64,000 nt of DNA from Octopus vulgaris (taxonomy: Eukaryota). Shown here one piece after another: positions 40,472-53,821 of the stretch. The notes under the pieces are model-generated. The model searched no databases. It was not told the DNA's origin and was given only the letters and a program-made list of their open reading frames with translations. The stretch covers positions 5,332,001 through 5,396,000 of the forward strand of contig OX597833.1 of the NCBI GenBank assembly GCA_951406725.2, written 5' to 3'. The position numbers were made by a program, and so were the translations under genes. The first letter of the stretch is position 1. Each line of letters begins with the position of its first letter.

Positions 40472-40624
40472 GAGAAGAAGAAGAAGAAGAAGAAGAAGAA
40501 GAAGAAGAAGAAGAAGAAGAAGAAGAAGAAGAAGAAGAAGAAGAAGAAGAAGAAGAAGAAGAAGAAGAAGAAGAAGAAGAAGAAGAAGAAGAAGAAGAAG
40601 AAGAAGAAGAAGAAGAAGAAGAAG
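40472..40624. repeat. Pure (GAA)n
   Basis: Direct repeats. Confidence 0.97.
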
Positions 40625-41175
40625 CAACGGGGTGGGGATTGGGGGAGAGTAGGGAAAGAAATAGTAATAAATAAAATGAAAGGAAGAAATAGGAATTGGT
40701 CGGGAAATTCGAAAGATTGATGTGGGTGTTGGTGGTGGGGAGAGGCGAGGCGGTGGATGAGGTCAACTGTGAGGTCAATGTCTTGTAATAATCAACTCGC
40801 CACAACAAATTCCCTTTATATATATATATATGTGTGTGTGTATACATACATATAAGAATACATATATTTATATACTTAACATTTGTGTGTGGGGGTGTAT
40901 ACTGACATGGTCGCATATTTAACATATGCGTATATATACGTATATACGCTTATATACGTGAAGATATATATTGCACACACACACACACACACATACACAC
41001 ACACACACACGCACATATGTATGTATGTATGTATGTATGTATATATAAACACATACATATCTATACACTCGTTAATGACGTCATGTATAATGCATGCATT
41101 CATATTTATATACTTGTATATGTATATATACATAAGTACATACATACATGCAGACACACACACACACACATTTAC

Positions 41176-41248
<73 letters not shown>

Positions 41249-41251
41249 CAT

Positions 41252-41284
<33 letters not shown>

Positions 41285-41687
41285 CATACATATATATATA
41301 TATACATATGTATGTGTGTGAGTGTGTGTATTTATGTATGTTTGTATGTGTGTATATATAGTGCTTACACGCACTCAAGCAAGCACACACTCACATACAC
41401 ACAAGCATACGCTGCGTAAATACAAGAGACACGGCTCAATTTCTGAGGTCAGCTTTGGTCAATGCTATCCATTTCAGTTTCTTTACAATCTTCCAATAAC
41501 ATTGACGTGAATGGAAATTGAGATTTTTTGACTCTGGAATATCGACCAATGGTGTTGCGGCATCAACTCTTTTGACCAATGATATCGCGGCATTGATTAC
41601 TGCTTCATTGGACAGATTCAGAAGAACCTTGACCAAACGTCGTGACACTTCAATAGTCCAAAGAGAAATGTAAACAGATATACATGC

Positions 41688-41755
<68 letters not shown>

Positions 41756-41848
41756 ATCTATCTATCTATCTATCTATCAATCTATCTATCTACCTCTCTC
41801 TTTCTATTAATCTATCTCTATGTCTGTTTATCTATCTGTCTGTCTGGC

Positions 41849-41887
<39 letters not shown>

Positions 41888-41888
41888 G

Positions 41889-41950
<62 letters not shown>

Positions 41951-41958
41951 CCTATCTA

Positions 41959-42909
41959 ACGACGACGTACGAAATCGTTGTCGAACGAAGGGAGGTACGA
42001 CGACGATCTCGGGGCGAACCTGGGCGTCGACGAGGAATACCTGACCCGCCTGTTCAAGACGACTTTCGGGCCGGGACCTATGAACAACTTCCAGAGGTCC
42101 CTGGCCTGGCAGTGCTATCGAGAAGCGCTATCCGTTCGGGATAAGCTCTACAGGCATGGCTCAAGAAACACGGGGCTGACCTGTCCGAGATGCGGTCAGA
42201 GCGACGAAACCGTCCTGCACGCATTCGTACAGGGTCCAATCATTTCCGACCTGTGGGCTTATGTCGAACGACTGCTATCACGTGTGGGACGAGTCGGTTT
42301 ATTAACCGAGTCTATCGTGAATATTGTCGCGCCTCCTTCCTTGAAACGGGAAGGAGGAGCCATTTTCATCGTACTTATGGCTATGGCGAAAGAATGCGTA
42401 TGGTGGAAGCGTCTGAAAGGTCTAGAGACAAACACTTTCCTTTCTGCTGAATCTCTCATCAACTTCTTTAAGTATCAGTTGAAAAGGAAAGTAAGAGTAG
42501 AGAGGCAAGTTTTGTCTTGTGAATGTTTTAAAAAAAGGTGGGTGAATGTAGCAAGGATGGCACGTATGAATGACGAAGCCACCTTGAGCATAGTCCTATG
42601 AACCAAAAGAAAAAAAAAGCGAAAATAGAAAAAAAGAGCCACTTACTATTATGTGTTTTCTTTTTGCATGACACTATTGCCCAAGGTTCCCGTGGTCATT
42701 TCCGTAGGCTTTTCTATCCAGGGACAAACCTAATCTGTTTCCCCTTTTTACATTGACATTTCTGTGATACATGATCCCTATTGATCGTCCACACATTTTT
42801 TTACGATCCCATTTGATCGGAATTCGACCCACTTTTTTTCCCTTCTCTTCTTCCCCAAAAGAAAAGCTCTACTTTGTATTTTGTCCCTTCTGTGTGGCCA
42901 ATAAAGAAA
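41959..42909 (+). mobile_element. 3' end of an L1/Tx1-like LINE (ORF2 C-terminal zinc knuckle plus 3' UTR) in (CTAT)n
   Basis: LAWQCYREALSVRDKL...CPRCGQSDETVLHAFVQGP...LW (CCHC with the last C mutated), stop at 42601, AATAAA at the 3' end. Confidence 0.85.
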
Positions 42910-42977
42910 TCTATCCATCTATTTATTTATTTATTTATTTATTTATGTATTTATTTATTTATCTATCTATCTATCTA

Positions 42978-43411
42978 GGGTTACCCACTTGCAAACAAAT
43001 GTGGTAACATATAACAATATTGACCAAGGTTACCGTGGTCTTTTTCGTAGGCTTTTCTTCCCACGGATAAACCTTACTTGCTTTCCCCTTTACACCATAC
43101 ATCATGACACTGTGATACACGATCCCTATTGATCGTTTTTTTTTCCTCTTCCCCTTTTTTCCTCTTTTTTCTTCTTTTTTCATTTTTCTTTTCTTTTGTT
43201 CCTTTTCCCTTTTTTCTTTTTTTTCTTTTCCTTTTTTTCTTTTTTTCTTTTCCTTTTTTCTTTTTTTTCTTTTTTTTGTTCTTTTTTTTCCCTTTTACAA
43301 TCCCTTTTGATCGAAAACCTACGCCACCTTTTTTTTTTTCTACCCCAAAAGAAAAGCTCTACCTTGTAACTTGTCCCATCTGTGTGCAGCCCTGTGTGGC
43401 CAATAAAGAAA
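42978..43411 (+). mobile_element. 3' UTR-only copy of the same Tx1-like family in (CTAT)n
   Basis: Shares ccaaggtt.ccgtggtc, ccccaaaagaaaagctctac and tgtgtggccaataaagaaa with 42680-42909. Confidence 0.82.
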
Positions 43412-43412
43412 C

Positions 43413-43496
<84 letters not shown>

Positions 43497-43589
43497 ATAT
43501 CTATCATCGATGATCAGTTGTATGGGAAGACAGAGAGCGGGAGAGATTTTATCTTTATTTCAAAAGTTGATTTCCTTCTCTCTTTCGCA

Positions 43590-43807
43590 TATTATTGCAA
43601 CCGCTGAAAGGCATCGCCATGAATAGAATTTTCTCGTGGAGTTCATCCGTCAGGCAGATATTTTAGTGCTTCTAAACATTCAGCTTCGGATAGAGCTTCT
43701 TTAAGTTTTGCAAGCATTCGTTTCTCTGGGTCGGGTCTGTAGTTTAATTCCTCGTCACTAGGACGAACTTCACCCTTCAGCTTTTCCAGTTCCGCATATT
43801 TCATCCC
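43590..43807 (-). pseudogene. Probable old LINE ORF2 fragment (region just upstream of the RT domain)
   Basis: KLKEALSEAECLEALKYLPDG*TPRENSIHGDAF resembles the E..AL..L..GK(A/T)PG.D.I..E.F motif. Confidence 0.45.
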
Positions 43808-43840
43808 CTAGAAAATACCTGAGAAAGAAATAATAATAAC

Positions 43841-43908
<68 letters not shown>

Positions 43909-43912
43909 GGAA

Positions 43913-43988
<76 letters not shown>

Positions 43989-43989
<1 letters not shown>

Positions 43990-44640
43990 GACATGACAGA
44001 GTTGGCCAATATCTCCACTGGCTAATAAGTCGGCATTACAATATCAAAACTGCCGACAAGTGGTATAATCACTGAGGCTGTAACTGAAGGAGAAAATGTA
44101 ACCATTCTGTGGGACTTTCCAGTACATACAGACCGAACCATCAAGGCCAATAAACCAGATATTGTTGTGAAAGACCAAAACAATAAAGTTTGCTTATTGA
44201 TCGATATGAGCATCCCCTGTGATCATAATATCTCGGCGAAAGAGTTTGACAAGCTCAGAAAATATAAAGACCTACTCATTGAAATTGAGAAAATGTGGCA
44301 TCTCAAGGCGGTTACAATACCAGTGATCGTAGGAGCACTAGGAATGATCAAGAAGGGAACCGAAAATTATATGAGAATGATCCCTGTTTTACCATCCCTG
44401 CAAGAAGTGCAAAAGATTGTCTTAACTGGTACATCACACGTATTGAGAAGAGCATTGTCGATGTGAGAACTGTTGCTGCTCATGTATTTTAATTTAACTT
44501 TAAAAAAAAAAAAAAAAATGAACGAACTATTGAGTTTGGTTTAATGGCCTACCAATGTATACTATGAGTTTCTTTGCCCTAGGAGTCGGGAAGACACTCG
44601 GCAAGAAATGGAAGCAAATTTGAAAGAAGAAGAAAAAAAA
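43989..44640 (+). mobile_element. 3' end of an R4/Dong-like retrotransposon (restriction-like endonuclease) in (TAA)n
   Basis: RHDRV...LHW...ILWDF...KPDIVV...IDMSIP...K..KYKDL...PVIVGALG. (TAA)n at 43831-43988 and 44642-44763. Confidence 0.88.
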
Positions 44641-44685
44641 GTAATAATAATAATAATAATAATAATAATGATAATAATGATGATG

Positions 44686-44766
<81 letters not shown>

Positions 44767-45196
44767 GCCCTGATGCAGTAATAAATGCCCTGATGCAGTA
44801 CCAGGCAGTGGCTCTCATGGCTTCTGATCTTAACTGATTGGAAGTGTTATCATTTACATTGTTTTGTCTTGGTATAAAAGATGGCCTACAGCAAATATTC
44901 TGCTCAATACCACAGTTTTGCTTGTCAGTTGCTTGACCTTAACCAGTTGAGCATGTCCCTTAGTGGCTGACGATATGTGCATCTCTGATCACGGACAAGA
45001 GTAGTGGGGGAGCATCATAGTCATGTGTTGAGAGGGATTCTTTGGGGGTCTGAATAATTCACCTCCGGAAACACGGGTGTTTCGTTCATAATCCTTAAGC
45101 AAACCTTATTCAGAGACCTTCTGAGCGGGATGGGATACTCACCCTGAAGAAAATTCTCAGATGGGCCCAAGACATGACTGAAAATATCTGTTATAT

Positions 45197-45581
45197 ACTC
45201 TTTTACTTGTTTCAGTCATTTGACTGCGGCCATGCTGGAGCACCACCTTTAGTCGAGCAAATCGATCCCGGGACTTATTCATTGTAAGCCCAGTACTTAT
45301 TCTATCGGTCTCTTTTGCCGAACCGCTAAGTGACGGGGACGTAAACACACCAGCATCGGTTGTCAAGCAATGCTAGGGGGACAAACACAGACACAGACAC
45401 ACACACATACATATATACGACAGGCTTCTTTCAGTTTCCGTCTACCAAATCCACTCACAAGGCTTTGGTCGGCCCGAGGCTATAGTAGAAGGCACTTACC
45501 CAAGATGCCACGCAGTGGGACTGAACCCGGAACCATGTGGTTGGTAAACAAGCTACTTACCACACAGCCACTCCTGCGCCT
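45197..45581 (-). mobile_element. SINE family A, full length
   Basis: Colinear with other copies. Confidence 0.92.
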
Positions 45582-46084
45582 ATATCGCACGTTCGACATA
45601 GGATATAACAGGATAATAATAATAATAATCTCCTTGCAAATCGTTCTACTCGAGACACTGGTAATAATCCTCGATAATACGCAACTCCCGGCTTTACTCT
45701 GCTCTACACCGATCTCTGCGCATGTCCATTTATACCGTGGCACAGTCCATTGGGAGCCAACTAATAGGCGTGTTTTACTTCCACAGGACAATAACAAAGG
45801 ACGAGATACAACACAAAACAGGTGGGGTCTGACATTGATCAAAGGGAGATGCTACAACTTTAACGAATTTATAACAAAGGGTGTATAAATATAAGTTAAA
45901 GAAATAAATAATCAATAAATCAATAGAATTCCAAATAGCGCGCAATCCACTTAAGGTAATCCGGAACAAACTCCACGCAGAAGCCCTGGATTACTCTGCC
46001 ATCCTCAAGGCAATGGAAGAACCAACTTCCAGTTTCTTTCCCCCTACTCAGAGTAGATGCGTTTAATCTCACCAGTCTTGAGAT

Positions 46085-46220
46085 TCTCGTCCACACTAGA
46101 GGGCAGCACCTCCCTTTCTACCCTCACCTTCCTCTTCAAAGGATATTTGAAAAAACTGATGAGGGCTTGGTCGGATAGGAAAGCGCCTGTCTTCAAACCT
46201 TTTAAACGGGTCCACCACAG
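46085..46220 (-). mobile_element. Tx1-like ORF2 C-terminal fragment
   Basis: WTRLKGLKTGAFLSDQALISFFKYPLKRKVRVEREVL versus WKRLKGLETNTFLSAESLINFFKYQLKRKVRVERQVL near 42400. Confidence 0.8.
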
Positions 46221-46425
46221 CCTCTTTTGTCATAGCCTCTAAGCAGGAAAAGATTTGCCTTCCTTCTCTGCTACTTTATACAGATTAGCTTCCAGTTTAA
46301 GGGAGGTTATTCAGAATTACAGTAAAGAGTTATTTACCTTGAATCAAGAACAAGGTTTCATTATCTTTTTTTTATTTTATTTATATATCATCTAATCCAT
46401 TCATTGAAATATATACTCGTGTAAA

Positions 46426-47002
46426 AGGCCGCGAGCTGGCAGAAACGTTAGCAAGCCGGGCGAAATGCGTAGCCGTATTTCATCTGCCGTTACGTTCTGA
46501 GTTCAAATTCCGCCGAGGTCGACTTTTCCTTTCATCCTTTCGGGGTCGATAAATTAAGTATCAGTTACACACTGGGGTCGATAAAATCGATTTAATCCGT
46601 TTGTCTGTCCTTGTTTGTTCCCTCTGTGTTTAGCCCCTTGTGGGCAGTGAAGAAATAGGTATTTCGTCTGCCGCTACGTTCTGAGTTCAAATTCCGCAGG
46701 GATCAACTTTACCTTTCATCCTTTCGGGGTCGATAAATAAAGTACCAGTTACGCACTGATGTCGATATCCGTTTGTCCGACCTTGTTTGTCCCCTCTATG
46801 TTTAGCCCCTTGTGGGTAATAAAGAAATGGGTATTTTGTCTGTCTTTACATTCTGCTTTCAAATTCTGTCGACGTCGACTTTGCCTTTCATCCATTCGGA
46901 GTCGATAAATTAAGTACCAGTTACGCACTGGGGTCTATCTAATCGACTGCCCCTACCCCCACCAAAAAAATTTCAGACCTTGTGCCTAGAGTAGAAAAGA
47001 AT
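46426..47002 (+). mobile_element. SINE family B, full length, three core units
   Basis: Head ggccgcgagctggcagaaacgttag, B box GTTCAAATTCC, core cctttcatcctttcggggtcgataaattaagtacc three times, tail ccttgtgcctagagtagaaaagaat. Confidence 0.9.
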
Positions 47003-47669
47003 ATTGTTTTGTGACGTTAGTTGTCAGCGGTATCACTATGGGAAATTTCACATGATTCTATTTATAGACACAACCAAATGTGTTTTACATGTACTGGCTT
47101 CAAACTTTGGCACAAGGCCAGCAATTTAGGGGAGGGGTAAGTCGATACATACAAATGTATATTCATACGTATCAGACGTGACTTCGACTTTCATGCTGCC
47201 AAAGGAATGATCTCCCTTGCCTTACGACGTTTATGACAGTCAAAGTTTTCTCCCTTGCACCATACAAAACTCTGAGACGTGATTTTTTTTTCTCTGGAAA
47301 GTATTTTATCTCCCCCGTTTTTAATTTTTACGAGAGAAAGGAAAAAGCGATCTATCCTCTGGCTTCAGACCTGGTCTAATCCTTGAATACGAAGCTCACG
47401 GAGGGGGACCACGGGATAGGGAAATGTTGATCTCTATAAATCTGGATAAGATGGCTAGAGTACCCTCCACCATCGTTGCTCATAGAACCGAAGCAGTTTT
47501 TAATTGAAGAGCCTGCACAAGCGTGTGTACCAAAGCTGTGATTGACATCGAAGGCCAACCAACTCTAAACTAAATAAACGTCCATTTTCATCATTTTCTC
47601 TTGTTTCATATATAGTGTATACATACATACATACATACATACATACATACCTACACTCACACACACACG

Positions 47670-47709
<40 letters not shown>

Positions 47710-47717
47710 CGCACAAC

Positions 47718-47977
47718 CTGGGGTTGTTATTATGGAAGACCAGTAGTCGCCCATGTATATCAGCCTCCTCTCTCCGCGCCACAGATGTTATCCAAGAGAA
47801 AGGTAAAGGGGCCGATACAGCTTGGCACCAGAGACGTCGCAATTAAATTCTACAGCTGAGGGAATAGGAGCAATGTGAAATAAAGTGTCTTGCACAAGAA
47901 CACAACACGCAGCCAGGTCCGGGATTCGAGCTCACAACCTCAAGCTCACGGACGCTCTAATCACCGAGCCAGGCGCC

Positions 47978-47982
<5 letters not shown>
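47718..47982 (-). mobile_element. SINE family D (tRNA head plus CORE-like ttgtgcaagacacttt)
   Basis: Minus strand gtgaaggcgcctggctcggtgattagagcgtc...gagctcgaatcccgg. Confidence 0.7.
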
Positions 47983-48014
<32 letters not shown>

Positions 48015-48034
48015 CGAGGATATTAGTTGGTGTG

Positions 48035-48287
48035 ATAAATGGAACAACCTGCTCGTGCAGATGGCTGAGTACTCCACAGACATGCGTTCCCTCAACTTGG
48101 TTCTCAGAGAGGTTCACCGTGACCCAGAATGTAAAAAGACCGGCCCTTTGAAATACAGATACAACTGATTTTAAGTGAACTTGAGCAACGTAAAATAGAG
48201 TGTCTTGCTCAAGGAAGCAACGCACCGCCAATTATCGAACTCATGACCTTACAATCTGGAGTCGAATGCCCAAACCCCTTAGCCACA
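48035..48287 (-). mobile_element. Old SINE with CORE-like block and a 3' region like family C type 2
   Basis: ccttgagcaagacact core; tggctgagtactccacagaca and ccctttgaaatacag shared with 10700-10820. Confidence 0.65.
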
Positions 48288-48499
48288 TGGTGTGCTCGTG
48301 AGCGCGTGCACGTATACATGAGTTTGTGTAACTTCAAACAGGGGAAATGTTCCGCAAACTTTATAATAACAAAATGTCGATAAAAATGCTCAACTCGTTC
48401 GTAATTAGTTGTTGAGTCTCTCTTACGAGATATTAAAATCCCAAAACAGAAGTTACACGTATGTGCGATTTAGATATTCTAATATTTTCTCACTTGAAG

Positions 48500-48719
48500 G
48501 CACAAGGGGCTAAACATAGAGGGGACAAACAAGGACGGGCAAACGGATTAAGTCGATTACATCGACCCCAGTGTGTAACTGGTACTTTATTTATCGACCC
48601 CGAAAGGATGAAAGGCAAAATTGACCTCAACGGAATTTGAACTCAGAACGTAACGGCAGACGAAATACCGCTGAGCATTTCGCCCGGCGTGCTAACGTTT
48701 CTGCCAGCTCCGCCGCCTT
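48500..48719 (-). mobile_element. SINE family B, single unit
   Basis: Homology to 46426-46645. Confidence 0.88.
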
Positions 48720-49384
48720 AACAAAATTAAATATTGAAAAAAAATAAAGGACGTTTAACCTAATTTAGACATATAACAGTTTAACATAATAGCAACGATA
48801 TATATATATATATATATATATGAGCGTGTGCACAAATACGCCAATACACATACATACATGCATACATCCATGTACACACACACACGCACACACGCCCACC
48901 CGGCCGACTTGGGGGCCACCCAGTCTTGTTAAAACTGATTACTCTACCATGGAACACAGTTAGGTTTAATGCAACGTAAATTAGGGTGTAATAGGACGAA
49001 CATAAACAGGCCACTGCAGCTGCTGCTGCTGCGGCTGATGCTGCTACCACCCTGCTGCTACTGCGGCTGCTGCTGCTGCTGCTGCCATGTTACCATTCCT
49101 TTATCTTGGTGCACGATGGAGTTAAAGAATATAAACCGTTGTTGTTGTTGTTGTTTGTTGTTGTTGTTGCAGGTATCGTTGCGTTTGTGTTCCAAGTTTT
49201 CGTCGCTTCTTATTTTCGTCCATGTGGTTTGTTGTTGATGTTGTTGTTCTCGTAACTTCTTGTTTCCATATTCGACACGTTGTTGTTGTTGTTGTTGTTG
49301 TTGATGTGGTAGTTGATGTTATTTTTGTTGGGTTTTTTTTCGTTACTGTTGTTATAGTTGTTTTCCCTATTAAAGTACTTCATC

Positions 49385-49700
49385 TTCACCTCCTCCTCCT
49401 CTCCTCCTCCTTCTTCTTCTTCTTCTTCTTCTTCTTCTTCTTCTTCTCCTCCTTCTTCTTCTTCTTCTTCTTCTTCTTCTTCTTCTCCTTCTTCTCCTCC
49501 TCCTCCTCCTTCGTCTTCTTCTTCTTCTTCTTCTCCTCCTTCTTCTCCTCCTCCTCCTTCTTCTTCTTCTTCTCCTCCTCCTCCACCTCCTCCGCCTCCT
49601 CCTCCTTCTTCTTCTTCTTCTTCTTCTTCTTATTATTATTATTATTGTTGTTGTTGTTGTTGTTGTTGTTGTTATTATTATTATTATTATTATTATTCCT
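49385..49700. repeat. (TCC/TTC)n-(TTA)n-(TTG)n compound array
   Basis: Direct repeats. Confidence 0.93.
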
Positions 49701-49794
49701 CGTATTGTTTATTTTCCATTATTATTTGTCGATCTGAAGACTTTACAGTTTCTTCAAGACAATCACAATATCATTAACTTTCTTTCTTTCTTTT

Positions 49795-49857
<63 letters not shown>

Positions 49858-50077
49858 CTCTCTACCCTCCCCCTCTCTCTGTCTCTCCACGGGTATTTTG
49901 CATGTTTTCTGTATTATTACCAATATGTTTACACGGTAAATACACTTCCATTAGGCATTAGGCTCTTTGCTTTCTCTATTTAACCTTAACCTACCCGGCT
50001 CCCCACCGTATTCAGACGTGCTTCTGCACCTCAGAACAATAACACCATGATGCTTTACAAAGAAGGAAAGGAAGGAA

Positions 50078-50127
<50 letters not shown>

Positions 50128-50204
50128 AAATGCCTCCATCATTTTCGCTGCTTCATCTCACGCCTAACCCGACAGTCATCCTTAAACGCGATCTTCTTCA
50201 GAAC

Positions 50205-51045
50205 TATTACCACTACCACCACCACCACCACCACCGCCGCCGCCATCATGACCACTACAAGCATCACCGTTACTACAACAAACACTACCAGAACGATTAT
50301 GACAAACACCGGCACCGATACCATCCATCATCACCGGCACCACCGCCACAACCAACAGCCCCCCCACCCTCAACACTACCATCACCACCACCACCACCGT
50401 CACCATCAAAATTACCGTCTCCACTACAAACAACACTACCACTACCTCCACGACGACGACGACCACCACCACCACTACTCTCACCATTCTCATCAACACC
50501 ACCACACCACCACAACAACAACATCAACAACAATCCCCACCACCAACACCAAAGCCTTCCCCCACCATTACCTCCTCGCCCACCATCCCCCACCACCACC
50601 AACAACAGCCCCCACCCTCAACACTACCACCACTACCACCACCACCACCACCACCACCACCACTACCACTACCATCACCACCACCACCACCGTCGCCATC
50701 AAAATCACCGTCTCCACTACAAACAACACCACCACTATCTCCACCATCACCATCACCACCATCACCACCAAAACCACCAACCACCACCACCACCATCACC
50801 ATCACCACCACTCTCATCAACACCACCACCCCACCAACAACAACATCAACAACAATCCCCACCACCAATGCCAATGCCTTCCCGCCACCGTTACCTCCCC
50901 GCCCATCATCCCCCCCACCAACAGCCCCCCCCCCCCCCCCCTCAACACTACCACCACCACCACCACCCCATCAACAACAATCCCCACCACCAACACCAAA
51001 GCCTTCCCACCACCATTACCTCCCCGCCCGCCATCCCCCACCACC
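50205..51045. repeat. CAC/CAA-rich array with higher-order duplications
   Basis: cagccccc..ccctcaacactacca three times; aaaat.accgtctccactacaaacaaca twice. Confidence 0.88.
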
Positions 51046-51464
51046 CGAATTCCTTAACGTTTTTCAGCCTCTTGTTATGTAAACACCGGTTTCTGACACA
51101 AACCCCACACAATGTCACGCAGTAATAACACAGAAAAAATTAAGATGTATCTGTTACATTAATATCTTTCTTAAGAGAAATGAATTGCTTTCTGGCAGGA
51201 ATCGAAACCGTACACTTGTCTACAAAATATGATGACATAATTTACAGATCTTCCTCAAAAGTAATTGTTTCTTATTCCGGCCGCCATACCCGAATGTTCC
51301 ACAGCAGTTGGTTGGTCTTTTTTTAATAATGGCCGATCTTTAATCTCTTACTTGTTGCTGTCATTAGACTGTGGCCATGCTGGGGCACCCACTTGAAGAA
51401 TCTTTTAGCCGAATGAATCGACCCCAGTATTTATTCTTTTCCTTTTTAACCTGCTACGTATTCT

Positions 51465-51517
<53 letters not shown>

Positions 51518-51534
51518 ACACACACATACATTCA

Positions 51535-51916
51535 TCTCTCTATATATAAACGACAGTTTGTGTGTCTGCGTGTCTGTGTGTCTGTCAGGTTGTACCCTCA
51601 CCCTGACCACGGCTTTCAACCGATTCTGATGAAACTTGACACACACATAGCCCAATGTCATAATTCAAAACTAACGCAGCGAAAATTTTGAAAAGTTCCC
51701 CCAGTTCTGAAAAAAATCGATAAATTCGACAAGGGGTCGAGAATCAGAAACACAAACCACAGACTGTCTAGGGGACGCAACTCGACCTTTTTAACTCTCA
51801 AAAAAATTTACCATAATTTTTCTTCCATTTTTTGGCTATTTTTTGGCTATAACTCTCTAAAATGCTTTATAGTTATTTCCCTTACAAACCCGAGCAACGC
51901 CGGGCGATACTGCTAG
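51535..51916 (+). mobile_element. Non-autonomous Helitron, copy 3 (different 5' body)
   Basis: A|TC start, AACCGATTCTGATGAAACTT core, same last ~115 bp and CTAG|T end as copy 2. Confidence 0.83.
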
Positions 51917-51998
51917 TTTATATATATATAAGAAGGAGAAAAAGAAAATGGAGATTGAGAAGTTAATTGCTTATTATTAATAACAAATCAATCATCAT

Positions 51999-52080
51999 CC
52001 CTTACAGCTGTTTCAATTAATACTCAGTGAATTAATTAAATATCAAATTCATATGCCCTGAACATGATATCGTCAGAGGG
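51999..52080 (-). ncRNA. Type I hammerhead candidate with long helix II domain (family P4)
   Basis: CCCT-CTGACGA-[55 nt]-GAAA-CAGCTG-TA-AGGG. Confidence 0.55.
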
Positions 52081-52231
52081 GGAAAAATATGCCCTTGGAT
52101 ATTTTATATATGTGTTTATGGATTCATTATGATCCTGTTTGTGATTTGTATTTTTATGTGTTCGGGCGAGGAGATAAGATAGAATACGTGAATAGAATTA
52201 AAGTAATAAATAAATAAATAAAATAAAGATG

Positions 52232-52279
<48 letters not shown>

Positions 52280-52295
<16 letters not shown>

Positions 52296-52671
52296 CTGAA
52301 GTTGTCTGTGTATGGCAGGTTTGGTAGCCTTCAATTAACACGATTTCCTCCGAGACCCTGTGGCGCAAGTTGACCAAAATTGAGAGTATGATAGAAAAAG
52401 GCTTGCTCTTCATTCCGTAGACGATAAAATTCAAATCGGGTTGTGTTAAGACCAAAAATTATTTACATCAAAAAGGTGGGTTTTTTTCTATGAAAATCCC
52501 TATTTTTTTACGATGTTTTGACTGCTGTGTCGCCATTTTTCGGTGTATTTCAACCAGAAAAATATTCACTTAAAGAGAATAACAAGCTACATAATGCCAA
52601 ATTTTTACTTTTCAAAAATTCCAGTTCTAAAGGGTCGAAACAAACCCGAGCAACGCCGGGCGATACTGCTA

Positions 52672-52672
<1 letters not shown>
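52280..52672 (+). mobile_element. Non-autonomous Helitron, copy 4 (third body type)
   Basis: Identical terminal ACAAACCCGAGCAACGCCGGGCGATACTGCTAG|T. The 5' boundary is blurred in (TA)n. Confidence 0.78.
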
Positions 52673-52721
<49 letters not shown>

Positions 52722-52730
52722 TAGCAAAAA

Positions 52731-52768
52731 CTGTCCGACGAACGGGAGCGTGAAACTCAGAGTAACAG
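52731..52768 (+). ncRNA. Hammerhead ribozyme motif, family H copy 7
   Basis: CTGT-CCGACGA-ACG(ggag)CGT-GAAA-CT(cag)AG-TA-ACAG. Confidence 0.75.
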
Positions 52769-52801
52769 GTTTTGTTGAATTTTCTGCTGCTTTTAAATAA
52801 A

Positions 52802-53612
<811 letters not shown>

Positions 53613-53821
53613 AAATTAAGGGTAAAATCATTTATTACCCTCGCCTAATTATTATTCTCAGTAGGATAATTGCCACGCAATAACCAACGCTTGTGCATTA
53701 ATTGGGCATTCTACCAGCAGTATATGGGATAGATACTATCCCTTAGTTGGTTGGATTCACAACCTCTAATTCTCTTGGATTTATATATATATATATATAT
53801 ATATACATTTTTTTTCTTTTT

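Noticed and set aside
43643-43807. Minus-strand terminal host exon (GMKYAELEK...KYLPDG*) with acceptor and downstream AATAAA
   Set aside because: Reading through the stop gives a LINE-like GK(T/A)PGxDxI-type motif, so an old retrotransposon fragment is the simpler explanation. No upstream exons were identified.
50047-51125. Thr/His/Pro-rich ORFs over 330 aa
   Set aside because: Products of CAC/CAA repeats, open in several frames on both strands.
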